Positions 8,832-19,300 of a stretch of DNA of 64,000 nt are shown piece after piece. Made by a program: the position numbers and the translations under genes. Positions within the stretch are counted from its first letter, which is position 1. Every line of letters begins with the position of its first letter. The notes beneath the pieces are model-generated. The model saw nothing but the letters and a program-made list of their open reading frames with translations, was not told the origin of the DNA and searched no databases. The DNA lies in assembly GCA_965658895.1 (NCBI GenBank), contig CBFHUR010000003.1, positions 39,981-103,980 on the forward strand. Direction: 5' to 3'. The DNA comes from Candidatus Binatia bacterium. GTDB taxonomy: Bacteria > Desulfobacterota > Binatia > UBA12015.

Positions 8832-9709
8832 TGTCTTCTGACTCAGGATTCCTTGTACCGGTGAGCGAAGAGCAGATCCGGCGTGAACGCCAGAAGGCAC
8901 GCGAGATTCGCAAAAGTCCTTGGTGGAAGCGGCGCAAGGCCCCGGGGGTTTGTCATTATTGCGGGGCTTCGGTGGGGGCTGCGGAGCTGACAATGGACCA
9001 TCTCGTCCCGGTGATTCGGGGCGGTCGCTCGACTCGGGGGAATCTGGTGGCCGCCTGCAAACCCTGCAATACCGAAAAAAAGCACTCTCTGGACTTTGAA
9101 TGGGAGCCCAAGGGCGAAGAATTACGCGGGATCGAGGCGCATATGCGTCAGGTCGCTCCGGTGCTTCTCGAGGAGCAGGATCCAATGCGGGCCGCTGTGG
9201 CGATGGTTCTGGCGCCGCATCCGGATGGCCCGAAGGTGTTGATGATCCGCAGAGCCGAACATCCCGAGGACCCGTGGTCCGGTCATATGGCGTTTCCCGG
9301 GGGACGAAGCGAGCCCGAGGATCGCTCGTTGGTCGAGACCGCGATGCGCGAGACTCTCGAGGAGGTCGGTGTGGATCTCGCCCGCCACGGCGAGTTGATC
9401 GTGGGGATGAACGAATTACCCGCCTACTCCAGCGGCCGTCCGGTGGGGATGGTCGTGAGCCCCTTTCTCTTCAGTCTCGACCGGACGAGGGAGACGCGAA
9501 TCGATCCCGGAGAGGTTGCGGCCGCTCTCTGGCTGCCCCTGGGCGCTTTCCGCGACAAGGCCAATCACAAAAAGACCCGGATCGATTCGGCAAACTTCAA
9601 GGCAGATGTCGATGCCTTTGTGGTGGAAGAACAGATTATCTGGGGTTTGACCCACCGGATGATCACAAATTTCCTGACCGCTGTCGCCACGGACCCGGCC
9701 GCTCCCTGA
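8831..9709 (+). CDS. Fusion: Zn-binding HNH endonuclease + CoA-pyrophosphatase-type Nudix hydrolase
   Basis: N-terminal CHYC...DHLVP..GGRS..NLVAACKPCN; C-terminal DPWSGHMAFPGG, Nudix box GRSEPEDRSLVETAMRETLEEVG and IWGLT; no stop between the domains. Confidence 0.85.
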   Translation: MSSDSGFLVPVSEEQIRRERQKAREIRKSPWWKRRKAPGVCHYCGASVGAAELTMDHLVPVIRGGRSTRGNLVAACKPCNTEKKHSLDFEWEPKGEELRGIEAHMRQVAPVLLEEQDPMRAAVAMVLAPHPDGPKVLMIRRAEHPEDPWSGHMAFPGGRSEPEDRSLVETAMRETLEEVGVDLARHGELIVGMNELPAYSSGRPVGMVVSPFLFSLDRTRETRIDPGEVAAALWLPLGAFRDKANHKKTRIDSANFKADVDAFVVEEQIIWGLTHRMITNFLTAVATDPAAP

Positions 9710-9727
9710 ATGCAGATCCGACCGCCC

Positions 9728-11572
9728 TTATGCGGAAGGGGCGATGGTCAGCTGGAATTTCGAGCCTTCGCCAGGCTTTGAGTCGACAACGAGGTTGCCG
9801 CCGAGAAGCTGGGCGAGGTGGCGTGAGATCGGCAGGCCGAGACCACTACCTTCGTGGGTTCTCGTTGCCGACATGTCCCCGAGAGTAAACGGCTCGAAGA
9901 TTCGCTCGATCTGATCTTCTGCGATGCCCGGGCCGGTATCTTCGATGTCGAAGCGGACCATGCGGCCCTCGGCGATGGCATCGACCCGAATGGTGACCGA
10001 ACCCTCCTCGGTGAATTTCGTCGCATTCCCGACCAGATTCACGAGGGCCTGACGCAGGCGTAGTGCGTCGGTCTGGATCATTTCGGGCACATCCGGAGCC
10101 ACTTCGCAGACGATCTCGAGGCCTTTCTGCTCGGCCTTGACGCTGACCAATTCCAGGACTTCCTGAAGAATTTCCCGGGGGCCACATTCGGCGATCGCCA
10201 CCGGGAGCTTCCCGGATTGGATTGCTGTCAGGTCCAGCAGGTCATTGATGATATGCAGAAGATGTCGACCGCTTTTCTCGATCGAGCTGGTGAACTCGTG
10301 GCGGGAATCCTGGGGCAGGCCGTCATCCTGAAGGATTTCCGCAAAGCCGAGGATGGCCGAGAGCGGGGTTCGCAATTCGTGGCTCATATTGGCCAGGAAT
10401 TCGGTTTTGGCGCGACTGGCGTTTTCGGCCGAGGACAGGGCACTGCGCAGGTGGTTGGTGACTTGTTGGCGCTGCTGGGCCTCGGTCTCGAGCTGGGTGG
10501 TGGTCACTTCCAGATCGCGGGTTCGCTCGGCGATCTGGCGCTTGAGGCGCTCCTGTTCGCGGAGCTCGGCGACCATCACATTGAATTCCTGAATCAGGGG
10601 ACCGAACTCGTCAGCCCGGAGCAGGTCGATCTGCACGTCGAGATCGCCGGTGGCGACACTCTGTGCTGCCAGGCGAAGTTTTTCGACCGGCTCGACCAGA
10701 AGGCGCGACATCAGCCAGGCACTGACCAGGGCAAAGGCGACGGCCATGATGGAGACTGCTGCGGCAAAGAGCCGATCGGCTCCCATATTGTCCGCGCCGA
10801 GCACCAGGAGAAGAAGAGAGAAGACCGGGCAAACAGCGGCTGTCACCAGCCAGAGAACCCCGCGGCCTCGCAGCGAAAGCGGATGGACACCCTCGGATTC
10901 CGAGGGGGCATTGTTCTGGAAGAGCCGACCATAGAGCCAGCGCTCGGTGGTCAGTTCGACGACGAACACCCCTTGGCTGACCGACGTCAGACCGGCGATC
11001 GCGATCGAGATCGGGAGATGGGTGAACAGTCGGGGATCCAGCGGCGTTTCGGCCATCATCAACGGGATCAGGAGCCCGGGGATGCAGAGCAGCCACCCGG
11101 CGACCGTAACGGCCAGAAACCACCAGGGCAGGTGGACCGCGCGGCGCTGGGCCTTCTCGAGGATCGTTTTCGGGAGGGTCTCTCCTCTTTCGAGACGGGC
11201 CAATGGTCGGTAGAGCCAGGCCACAGCGACCAGCCAGATACCGGTGGTTACCGGGTAAATGGTGACATTGAACAAAAAGATGGTCCGGGTGAAGAGTTGG
11301 ATCTGATCCCCGACCAAAAACGGCGTCACGTGCGAGTTATTGTACCAAATATTGAAAATGCTGCCGATGATCTGCGTGAGGAGGGGGAGGCCGGCCACCA
11401 GCAGCAGGGTGCGACTGACCGAGCGGCCCGGGACGGGCCAGAGACGCGAAGAGCTCGTGTTTCCGACTCCGGGGGTCGTGTTCCCCTTGACGGAAGGCGT
11501 GCCTCCAAACGGGCTTGAAGGTGTGACGACCGAAGCCGCATGCCCGCCGATTTTTTGAATCATTTCCCCCAC
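9728..11572 (-). CDS. Membrane sensor histidine kinase (6TM-HAMP-HisKA-HATPase), no receiver domain
   Basis: FLANMSHELRTPL H-box, NLVGNATKFT, DTGPGI, GSGLGL; HAMP ADEFGPLIQEFNVM. Confidence 0.92.
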   Translation of the reverse strand: MGEMIQKIGGHAASVVTPSSPFGGTPSVKGNTTPGVGNTSSSRLWPVPGRSVSRTLLLVAGLPLLTQIIGSIFNIWYNNSHVTPFLVGDQIQLFTRTIFLFNVTIYPVTTGIWLVAVAWLYRPLARLERGETLPKTILEKAQRRAVHLPWWFLAVTVAGWLLCIPGLLIPLMMAETPLDPRLFTHLPISIAIAGLTSVSQGVFVVELTTERWLYGRLFQNNAPSESEGVHPLSLRGRGVLWLVTAAVCPVFSLLLLVLGADNMGADRLFAAAVSIMAVAFALVSAWLMSRLLVEPVEKLRLAAQSVATGDLDVQIDLLRADEFGPLIQEFNVMVAELREQERLKRQIAERTRDLEVTTTQLETEAQQRQQVTNHLRSALSSAENASRAKTEFLANMSHELRTPLSAILGFAEILQDDGLPQDSRHEFTSSIEKSGRHLLHIINDLLDLTAIQSGKLPVAIAECGPREILQEVLELVSVKAEQKGLEIVCEVAPDVPEMIQTDALRLRQALVNLVGNATKFTEEGSVTIRVDAIAEGRMVRFDIEDTGPGIAEDQIERIFEPFTLGDMSATRTHEGSGLGLPISRHLAQLLGGNLVVDSKPGEGSKFQLTIAPSA

Positions 11573-11605
11573 GGGACTAATTATCGACCCTTTGCGGGAT
11601 TACAG

Positions 11606-11625
11606 AGTAGGTGTAAATACCTACT
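11606..11625. promoter_or_regulatory. Palindromic operator-like site in the kinase/gor divergent intergenic region
   Basis: AGTAGGT-gtaaat-ACCTACT: perfect 7-bp inverted repeat in an AT-rich patch. Confidence 0.55.
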
Positions 11626-11731
11626 TTTGGGGGTTTTTCTCGATTTTCAGCGCGGAATCGATAGATTTCGCCGTCGATTGTGCTGATTTCGCCTCCGGGA
11701 TTGTTCCGGAGTCGATAAACCGTGAGAAAGA

Positions 11732-13093
11732 ATGACAATGAGCAGCTTTGATTTTGACTTTTTTACGATCGGGGCCGGCTCCGGAGGCGTTCGTGCCAGT
11801 CGCATGGCGGCTGGCTACGGGGCTCGGGTCGCCGTAGCCGAAAAGCAGCGTTTGGGCGGCACCTGTGTGAATGTCGGCTGTATTCCCAAAAAACTTCTGG
11901 TCTATGCCTCACATTATGCAGAAGATTTTCGCGATGCGGCCGGTTACGGCTGGACGGTTGGGGCTCGGGAGTTCTCGTGGTCCACCCTGATTGCGAACAA
12001 GGACCGTGAGATTGCGCGGCTCAACGGGATCTACCAATCTCTGCTCGAATCGGCCGGTGTCGAAATCTTGCGTGGCCATGCCTCGGTTCTCGATGCCCAT
12101 ACGGTCGCTGTCGATGGCCGATCCTACACGGCCGAGCACATCCTGCTCGCCACCGGCTCCGCTCCTGTCTGGCCCGAGATTCCGGGGGCCGAGCTGGCGA
12201 TCACCTCGGACGAGATCTTCGCGCTGGAGGAGCAACCCGAGCGCGTTCTGGTGGTCGGGGGCGGCTATATTGCTGTTGAATTCGCCGGGATTTTACACGG
12301 TCTGGGTTCGCGGGTCACGCAGATCTATCGAGGCCCCCTGTTTTTGCGTGGCTTCGATTCGGATATCCGCACGGCACTGGCAGAAGAGATGCGCAAAAAG
12401 TCGATTGACCTGCGTTTCGATGCCAATGTCGTCGGTCTGGAGCGCGTGCCGGGAGGGATTCGCGTTCTTCTCGCCGGCGGGGACGAGTTGGAGGTCGACC
12501 AGGTCCTGTACGCCATCGGTCGTCGTCCCTTGACGGCAGATCTCGGTCTCCAGACCGCCGGCGTAGAGGTTTCCCCCTCGGGTGCGGTGGTGGTGGATGA
12601 GTATAGTCGGACCAATGTCCCGGGAATTTATGCGATCGGCGACATCACCGACCGGATTCAATTGACGCCTGTGGCGATCCACGAGGGGATGGCGCTGACC
12701 GCAACCTTGTTCGATGGTCGGCCGACACCGGTGGACCACGCCGACGTGCCCTCGGCGGTTTTCAGCCAGCCCAGCATCGGTTCGGTGGGGCAGACCGAGG
12801 AGGAGGCGCGCAAGGCTTGTGGCGCGGTCGAGGTCTTCCGGTCCCGGTTCCGCGCCCTGAAGCATACGCTCACCGGCAGCGACGAGACCATGATGATGAA
12901 ATTGATCGTCGATACCGCCAGTCGGCGGGTGGTCGGATTGCACGTTCTGGGTCCGGATGCCGGTGAAATCGTGCAGGGATTTGCCGTCGCCATCAAGGCC
13001 GGGCTGACCAAGGAGCAATTCGATGCGACCGTCGGGATCCACCCGACGGCGGCCGAGGAATTGGTCACGATGCGGACGCCCGCTGAATCCTGA
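11732..13093 (+). CDS. gor: Glutathione-disulfide reductase
   Basis: GAGSGG, GGTCVNVGCIPKK redox disulfide, GGGYIAVEFAG, GIHPTAAEE. Confidence 0.95.
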   Translation: MTMSSFDFDFFTIGAGSGGVRASRMAAGYGARVAVAEKQRLGGTCVNVGCIPKKLLVYASHYAEDFRDAAGYGWTVGAREFSWSTLIANKDREIARLNGIYQSLLESAGVEILRGHASVLDAHTVAVDGRSYTAEHILLATGSAPVWPEIPGAELAITSDEIFALEEQPERVLVVGGGYIAVEFAGILHGLGSRVTQIYRGPLFLRGFDSDIRTALAEEMRKKSIDLRFDANVVGLERVPGGIRVLLAGGDELEVDQVLYAIGRRPLTADLGLQTAGVEVSPSGAVVVDEYSRTNVPGIYAIGDITDRIQLTPVAIHEGMALTATLFDGRPTPVDHADVPSAVFSQPSIGSVGQTEEEARKACGAVEVFRSRFRALKHTLTGSDETMMMKLIVDTASRRVVGLHVLGPDAGEIVQGFAVAIKAGLTKEQFDATVGIHPTAAEELVTMRTPAES

Positions 13094-13101
13094 TCGACTG
13101 G

Positions 13102-13137
13102 TTGGCAGGGCTGCATCCGTCGGCTAGATCAGGTCCA
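13102..13137 (+). promoter_or_regulatory. Sigma70-type promoter, probable leaderless dapL transcript
   Basis: TTGGCA-17 nt-TAGATC-6 nt-ATG. Confidence 0.45.
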
Positions 13138-14369
13138 TGGCACGGATTAACGAGCATTATCTCAAGCTGCAGGCAGGTTATCTATTCCCGGAGATCGGAC
13201 GGCGCGTCGGTGCCTTCAGCAAGGAACATCCGGCCGCCTCGATCATCAAATTGGGGATCGGGGATGTCACCGAGCCTCTGGTTCCTGCCGTCGTGGAGGC
13301 CATGCATGCGGCGGTCGACGAGATGGCTACCGAGGCCGGCTTCCGTGGCTACGGGCCGGAGCAGGGATACGACTTTCTGAATGAAGCAATTCGCGAACAC
13401 GATTTTGCCTCTCGCGGTGTCCATCTCGATGCTGATGAACTCTTCATTTCGGATGGGTCCAAATGTGATAGCGGAAATATTCAGGAGATTTTCGGGCTCG
13501 ACAATGTCGTTGCTCTGACCGATCCCGTCTATCCCGTTTATCTCGATACCAATGTGATGGCGGGGCGCAGCGGACCGGCGGATGACGAAGGGCGCTACGC
13601 GGGGATCGTCTATATGCCGGCGACGGCCGAAAACTCGTTCACGCCGACACCGCCGAATGTTCCCGTCGATCTGATCTATCTCTGCTCTCCGAATAATCCG
13701 ACCGGCATGGCGGCGACTCGCGAACAATTGGCGATGTGGGTGAATTACGCGAAAGAAAATGGCGCGGTAATTCTCTTTGATGCCGCCTATGAGGGCTTCA
13801 TCTCCAACCCCGATATCCCCCACTCGATCTATGAAATCGAAGGTGCACGCGAAGTGGCGTTGGAGTTTCGCAGCTTTTCCAAGAGTGCGGGCTTCACGGG
13901 AACGCGGTGTGCGTTCACGGTGGTGCCCAAGGAAGTGATGGGGACGACAGCCGCCGGCGAAAAGGTGCCACTCAATGGCCTCTGGAACCGTCGCCATTGC
14001 ACCAAGTTCAATGGAGTCTCCTATCCCGTGCAGCGTGCGGCGGCCGCAGTCTATACCCCGCAGGGTCGGGAGCAGACGCGCAAGATCGTCTCTTTCTATA
14101 TGGAGAATGCGGTTCAGATCCGAGAAGGTCTGGCCGCGGCGGGCTTTGAAGTCTTTGGTGGCGTGGATGCACCCTATATCTGGTTCCGAACCCCTGCACA
14201 GATGAGTTCGTGGGATTTCTTTGACCAACTGCTGCGGAAAACCGAGGTTGTCGGGACTCCGGGCTCGGGTTTCGGCCCGTCGGGTGAAGGCTACTTCCGT
14301 CTGAGCGCGTTCAACTCCAGAGAAAACGTCGAAGAGGCGCTGCGAAGGATCGCGGCCGCCTCCTGGTAG
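13137..14369 (+). CDS. dapL: LL-diaminopimelate aminotransferase
   Basis: [71 protein letters not shown]. Confidence 0.96.
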   Translation: MARINEHYLKLQAGYLFPEIGRRVGAFSKEHPAASIIKLGIGDVTEPLVPAVVEAMHAAVDEMATEAGFRGYGPEQGYDFLNEAIREHDFASRGVHLDADELFISDGSKCDSGNIQEIFGLDNVVALTDPVYPVYLDTNVMAGRSGPADDEGRYAGIVYMPATAENSFTPTPPNVPVDLIYLCSPNNPTGMAATREQLAMWVNYAKENGAVILFDAAYEGFISNPDIPHSIYEIEGAREVALEFRSFSKSAGFTGTRCAFTVVPKEVMGTTAAGEKVPLNGLWNRRHCTKFNGVSYPVQRAAAAVYTPQGREQTRKIVSFYMENAVQIREGLAAAGFEVFGGVDAPYIWFRTPAQMSSWDFFDQLLRKTEVVGTPGSGFGPSGEGYFRLSAFNSRENVEEALRRIAAASW

Positions 14370-14397
14370 GTACGGGATCGAGTGGGGGCTGCCTGAC

Positions 14398-15222
14398 TCA
14401 GGGGTCCGGAAACCCGCTCCAGACTTCGTAGCGATCGTTTTTCCATAGTTGGCTGCCGCCCGCCGCGCGGGAGATATGGCGGATCTCGCGCGTCCAGGGA
14501 ACACCCTGGTGAAAGACGACGACGTCGATTTCGCGATCCCGCAGGATCTGGCGCAATGCGCTTGGTGCCATGCCGTAGCGTGTCTCGCCGCCGACGTATT
14601 GCATCAACTTCCATCGCTTCTGAGATTCTCGCCAGCCCATCCGGGGCCCGAGCCGATTCGCCCAGAAAAGGCGACCCAGATAGGGGTAGTCGTGGTTGCG
14701 AACGACTGGAATCCAGGTGGCGATCGTGTCGGGTGCCAGAACCACGGCCCGCCCGGGCGTTAGCTGTGAAATTTTCCTGGCGAGTGTGAAATCAGCTGGA
14801 GGAACTTTCAGGCCCGGTCCCGAAACGCGGACCTGATTCTCCTGTCGCAGGGTGCTCGTGGATCCGAAAAACGCGGCGAGGAGCAGGGCCAGCAATGCGA
14901 GACGACCTGTCAGGCGACGCATTTTTGCGGTGGTCGCAAGCGCTATCAGCCCGAGAATCCCGCCGGCGGCGAGAGCGGCCATCGGGAGTGGCCAGAGGAT
15001 CAGCCGCCAGGGTTGGAAGGTCGGCAGGGTCGCGTCGAGAATTTGCTGCGTGATTTGGGGCGCCATGCGGGTCAGGCCGAGGAAGAGCAGGGCCATCGCG
15101 GCGTAGCGTCGCAAAACGCTGCCGGGTGCTGCAAGCAAGGTTGCACTGAGGAGGGCGCCCAGAAGGAGCCAGAAGCTCGTGCCGGTACCCAGGACCTCGG
15201 TAAATGCCGCAGAGATGTTCAT
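14398..15222 (-). CDS. Membrane protein, C-terminal part of a DUF6077-like / GT-C-like protein
   Basis: Hydrophobic helices, WRLILWPLP, VVLAPD, soluble C-terminal tail; ATG 15222 overlaps the upstream TGA (ATGA). Confidence 0.6.
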   Translation of the reverse strand: MNISAAFTEVLGTGTSFWLLLGALLSATLLAAPGSVLRRYAAMALLFLGLTRMAPQITQQILDATLPTFQPWRLILWPLPMAALAAGGILGLIALATTAKMRRLTGRLALLALLLAAFFGSTSTLRQENQVRVSGPGLKVPPADFTLARKISQLTPGRAVVLAPDTIATWIPVVRNHDYPYLGRLFWANRLGPRMGWRESQKRWKLMQYVGGETRYGMAPSALRQILRDREIDVVVFHQGVPWTREIRHISRAAGGSQLWKNDRYEVWSGFPDP

Positions 15223-16358
15223 AGTAATCCCAGAACCCAGGCGAGTCCGACAGGATAGAGGGCGGTCGCCAGGCCGCAGAGCAATCTCCATGTCGCCTCG
15301 CGGCTTGGTCCCCAGGCAGCAACGAGTGCGAGCGCGGTCGCCACCGGCGCAATCACCAGAGCGGCCGACGAGATTCCGGTGGCGGCAATCATCGCGAGCA
15401 GAAGCAGGCCCCAATTCCTTGTCGAGGGCGAACGCATGAAGTGAATCGCGTAGGTGATCAGCAGAGGAAGGATGGCGGTCATCAGGATGCCCTTTCCCTG
15501 ATGAATGCGCACGACGGCAAAGTTCCCGTAGGAGCGATGAGTTTCGCCAAGCGCAAGAAGAAGGAGAATGGTGAAGACCGTCGCCAGCAACCATTGCTTT
15601 GGTACGAGAATCTTCTGCAATTCTGCTTGCGCGAATACAGCCAGCAAGGCGGCCCAGAACGCAATCCCGATGTGCATGATGGCGATCGCGGGAAGGCCGC
15701 TGATCCTGGCGAACAGGCCGGCAAGGATCTCGAGAGAATGCGAGCGGTAGGCGGGTTCGGGGAGGGCCACCCCCGGATCCGGGAGGGACCCGTCGAAACT
15801 CAGGAGAGGCTCGTCCGGAAAATCGGCAGCGGTCGTCGCCATATTGATGTACATGCCGTCATCGGAATCCGGGCGATGGACGCTGATGGCAAGAAGGGCG
15901 ACCAGAAAGGCGAAGACCACCAGGCTTCGTTCCCAACCAGGCGATGAAACCGGCGGGACGTCGATCGCGGGTTGCCGTACTTCGATAGCCAGAACCCCGG
16001 CGGCGATGATGGCGACGGCTGCCGCCAGAATCTCCGGAGTCAGAAAGATCGCGATCAGCGCGAGAATCGCCATGCCGAAGAGGTAGAGACCGACCAATGA
16101 GTGTCGAGGCGCGGGCTGATTCTCGGTGCCAAAGAACCCGGGGGCCGAGGTCTCTGGTGAGCTCGCTGGGGGCGTGCGTTTGCGAAGCCGGTAGAGAGTC
16201 GTTCCGACAAGTACCGACAGCAGCACTGCTGCCCCCGGAATCAACTGTGCCGGCGTACCGCCCGCAACAGTGGCGCACTGGGCCAGGGCCGTCCACATTC
16301 CGAAGGCGACAATCGATCCACGAGCGAAGCGATTGCCGAGGGAGGGGTCGTTTCTCAT
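15219..16358 (-). CDS. Polytopic membrane protein, DUF6077-like, putative GT-C glycosyltransferase N-terminal part
   Basis: About 10 TM helices; HRPDSDDGMY acidic loop motif; SYGNFAVVRIHQGK. Confidence 0.65.
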   Translation of the reverse strand: MRNDPSLGNRFARGSIVAFGMWTALAQCATVAGGTPAQLIPGAAVLLSVLVGTTLYRLRKRTPPASSPETSAPGFFGTENQPAPRHSLVGLYLFGMAILALIAIFLTPEILAAAVAIIAAGVLAIEVRQPAIDVPPVSSPGWERSLVVFAFLVALLAISVHRPDSDDGMYINMATTAADFPDEPLLSFDGSLPDPGVALPEPAYRSHSLEILAGLFARISGLPAIAIMHIGIAFWAALLAVFAQAELQKILVPKQWLLATVFTILLLLALGETHRSYGNFAVVRIHQGKGILMTAILPLLITYAIHFMRSPSTRNWGLLLLAMIAATGISSAALVIAPVATALALVAAWGPSREATWRLLCGLATALYPVGLAWVLGLL

Positions 16359-16371
16359 CGTCCGCCCGAAT

Positions 16372-19300
16372 TCAGTTTCGCCCGAGCAATCGCCGACCGA
16401 ACCCGAGAAGGCCCTCGTTTTTCCAGATTCGGCGCACCTTGGCACTCCGATGCGGGTCTTGGATTCGGATGACAATATCCCGGAGCTTGTCGAGAACACG
16501 CAAGGCCTGATTGGGTACATCCATACTGTTAATCAGGTTGGGGTCGACCGCGGCGTTTCGGGGCGGGTAGGGGCCGAGGTGCTCGACCAGACTCTGCCAG
16601 GCGATCGCCGCATTTCGCGAACCCCACTCATTGTTGGCTGCCCGGTGGGCCGCTCGAGCCAGATCTTGTCGTTGTTGAGAGTCGTCAACCAGATCAATGA
16701 TGGCCTGCTTCCAGGCTTCGGTTGTGTTCGGCGCCAGGCGTCCCGTTTTGCGATCCTCGACGACGTCTGTGTAGGGCGGGACTTCCGAGCAGATGGATAC
16801 AACACCAGCCTGCGCATAGTCGAGAAATTTGATCGCGCTCTTGCAGGAATTGAATCGAGAATCGTTCAGGGGGATCAGCCCGATTGCAGAGGGTAGACTT
16901 TGCAGGAAGAGGCGGAAGCTCTCGTAGCTCAGATTTTTGTTTCTTTCGATGGGGATTCCCTGCGCGGCCAGATACTCTCCCGGCGGGCCGACGCCGATGA
17001 GGCGAATTTTCTCGCCGACGGCGGCCTGGACCTCGCGCAGACATTGAGTAATGAAGTCCAGTCGCACAGTATCCGAGGACGCCACAATCAAGGCGACCCG
17101 CGAGTCCTCGGAATCGAGCGGCGGCAGCGGCGGCATTGCCGAGGACGTGTTGGGCACAACGAAGATATTCGGATTCAGATCGCGGTAGGCCTCTCGCAGT
17201 TGCTCGGTTGCAACCGTGATGGCATCGACCTCGGCCAAAGTTCTTTCGAGAAGTTCGCGTCTTTTGCCGGTGGTATGCGACGAGAGGAGATAGTCCGGTA
17301 TTTCGGTGAGGAGGTCATCGATATCGAAGACAGTTTTTTTCCCTGCGTTCTTGAGCTGGCGGATCAACTCGAGAGTCGGCTCGTTTGCCTCCCGTTGCAG
17401 GACGACGATTTCGGCCCAGGCGATGTCTTCGGCAAGAGGGGTTGCCAGATTGCCGCATCGGAAATGCCCGCCGAGCTGCTCGCTCCAGGCACGCAGGGGC
17501 TGCCGAATCCGGATATCAACCAGAGTGCTGTTGGCAACCGGGGGCAGCGCCAGAACCCGTTTTCCAGCCTTGGCGCGCAGGGTTGCCGGCGGATTGGAGC
17601 CCCCGGCACCTTTGGCAGGTCGGGCCAGAATGACAAATTGAAACACGTTGGTTTCATCGTCGTCGCAGGCGGCTGTGGCCGCTGCCGTGGCGCCCGATGA
17701 AACGGGAATGCCGGTTGCCGCTACGGGAAGAATGGTCGTGGCGATTCGCTCCACCGCAAACCCTGCTGCGGCGAAAAGTTCCAGAATCGAGTCCCGGGTA
17801 AAAAAGCGTAGATGAGTTTCATCCATGATGCCGAGCTTGCTGTACTCGAACCTGCCCTCGAGCAGCATGCTGCGCACCGCCAGATGCGCTACGTTGGGGA
17901 TGGATGCGATCACATACCCCTCGGGGCCGAGGAGTTCACGAGTTTGTTGCAGGACTTTCCCGGGATCCGCGATATGCTCGAGGACATCGCCAAACGTAAC
18001 GAAGTCGAATGCGGTCGGTCGGTCATCCGATTCCAGAAAGTTCTCGATTGTACCGACAAATACATTCTCGATGGATTCGGAGGCCACGGCAGCGGATTCC
18101 GGATCGGTTTCCACGCCCCAGACATCGTGACCAAACTCGCGCAGCGCCTGCCCGAAATAGCCCGATGCGCAACCGGCCTCCAATACGCGACAATGTTTTC
18201 CCGCACTCGCTTCGGTGAGGAAGCGAAACGCAAGGGTGTGGGAGTTGTTTTCGATCGAGAAGTCGATCGCCCCCTTGTAGGTGAGATCAGGTTTCTTCGT
18301 CGCGGGAGGAGCGGTCGTGGCCAGTTTCTCTGCGAGAACCGGGGTGATTTCGATCGGAGGCGGCGGGTCTTCGGGAAGGCGCGCGAGGACCTCGGGTAGA
18401 GGCTCCTCGGCTTCGACGACACCCAATTCGCGCAGGCTGTTCAGCGCTGTCTGAAAACCCTGATTCACATCCTCGAGTTGACGTTCGCGATGTTTGAGGG
18501 CGGTGATCGAGTCTCGAAATGCTCGGCGTAGATCCTCGACCTCTTGTGCCATTTCCCTATGTGTGGCGCCAAAGAGTTCGTTGCCTGCCGCTGTCTTCTT
18601 CCGCAGGTCGTGCAGGGCATCGCCCGGGCAGAAAGAGGGATCCGAGGCGGCCTTCCGGAAAATGTCCCAGGCCTCCTTGACCATCGGGTTCTCGGCCGTA
18701 TCGATATGGTGATGCTGCAGGCTTTTGGTCGCGAACTCCTCAAGTATCGTGCGGCCTTCTGTGGGCAGGATCGGAAATTGAATTTCGAGACGGTCCGAGA
18801 TCCGTTCACAACTCTCTGCAGGCGCGGCGAGAAGGTCTTCGAAGTTGATAAACAGGCGCGGCAACCCTCGGGTCACCTCCTCGGCCCCGAGCATCTGGTT
18901 GAGCCAGAGCAGCAGGCTGCGCTCCTCGGAGAATTGGTCGCGGCGGGCGAGTGAGGCCGCAATCTCCGATGGCTTGCGCAGTACAATGATGGTTTTGGTT
19001 GCGCGACCTTCCCGCTCCATCAAGTCGGTCCATAAAGGGAGCAGGCGTGCCAGGCGGGGGTCCTTGATCCCGATCAGCGGGCTGCTCAAGTCACGATGCA
19101 GGATGGTTTGCAGGCGCTGCGCCTCCGCGGTGGCACCGGCACCCTTGGCCCATCCCGTGGGTAGCGGGCAAGGGTCCATCCAATCAGATTCGAGAAGGCC
19201 GAGAAGTCGATCGTGAACTTCGAGGATTTGGCGGTGTTCGAAAAATCCTTTTGCGTTTACCCCTTCGCGCGCAGGCACCATATCGGAGCCGAAATCGACG

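Noticed and set aside
8831-9120. HNH domain as a homing endonuclease or mobile element
   Set aside because: No intron, intein, terminal repeats or transposase are visible; it is a short HNH fused to a housekeeping-type domain.
10217-11518. Long antisense ORFs (also 13182-14504, 23797-25263, 30872-32248, 39379-40782, 45212-46591)
   Set aside because: They shadow well-supported genes on the opposite strand, lack recognisable motifs, and are expected in GC-rich DNA with strong codon bias.
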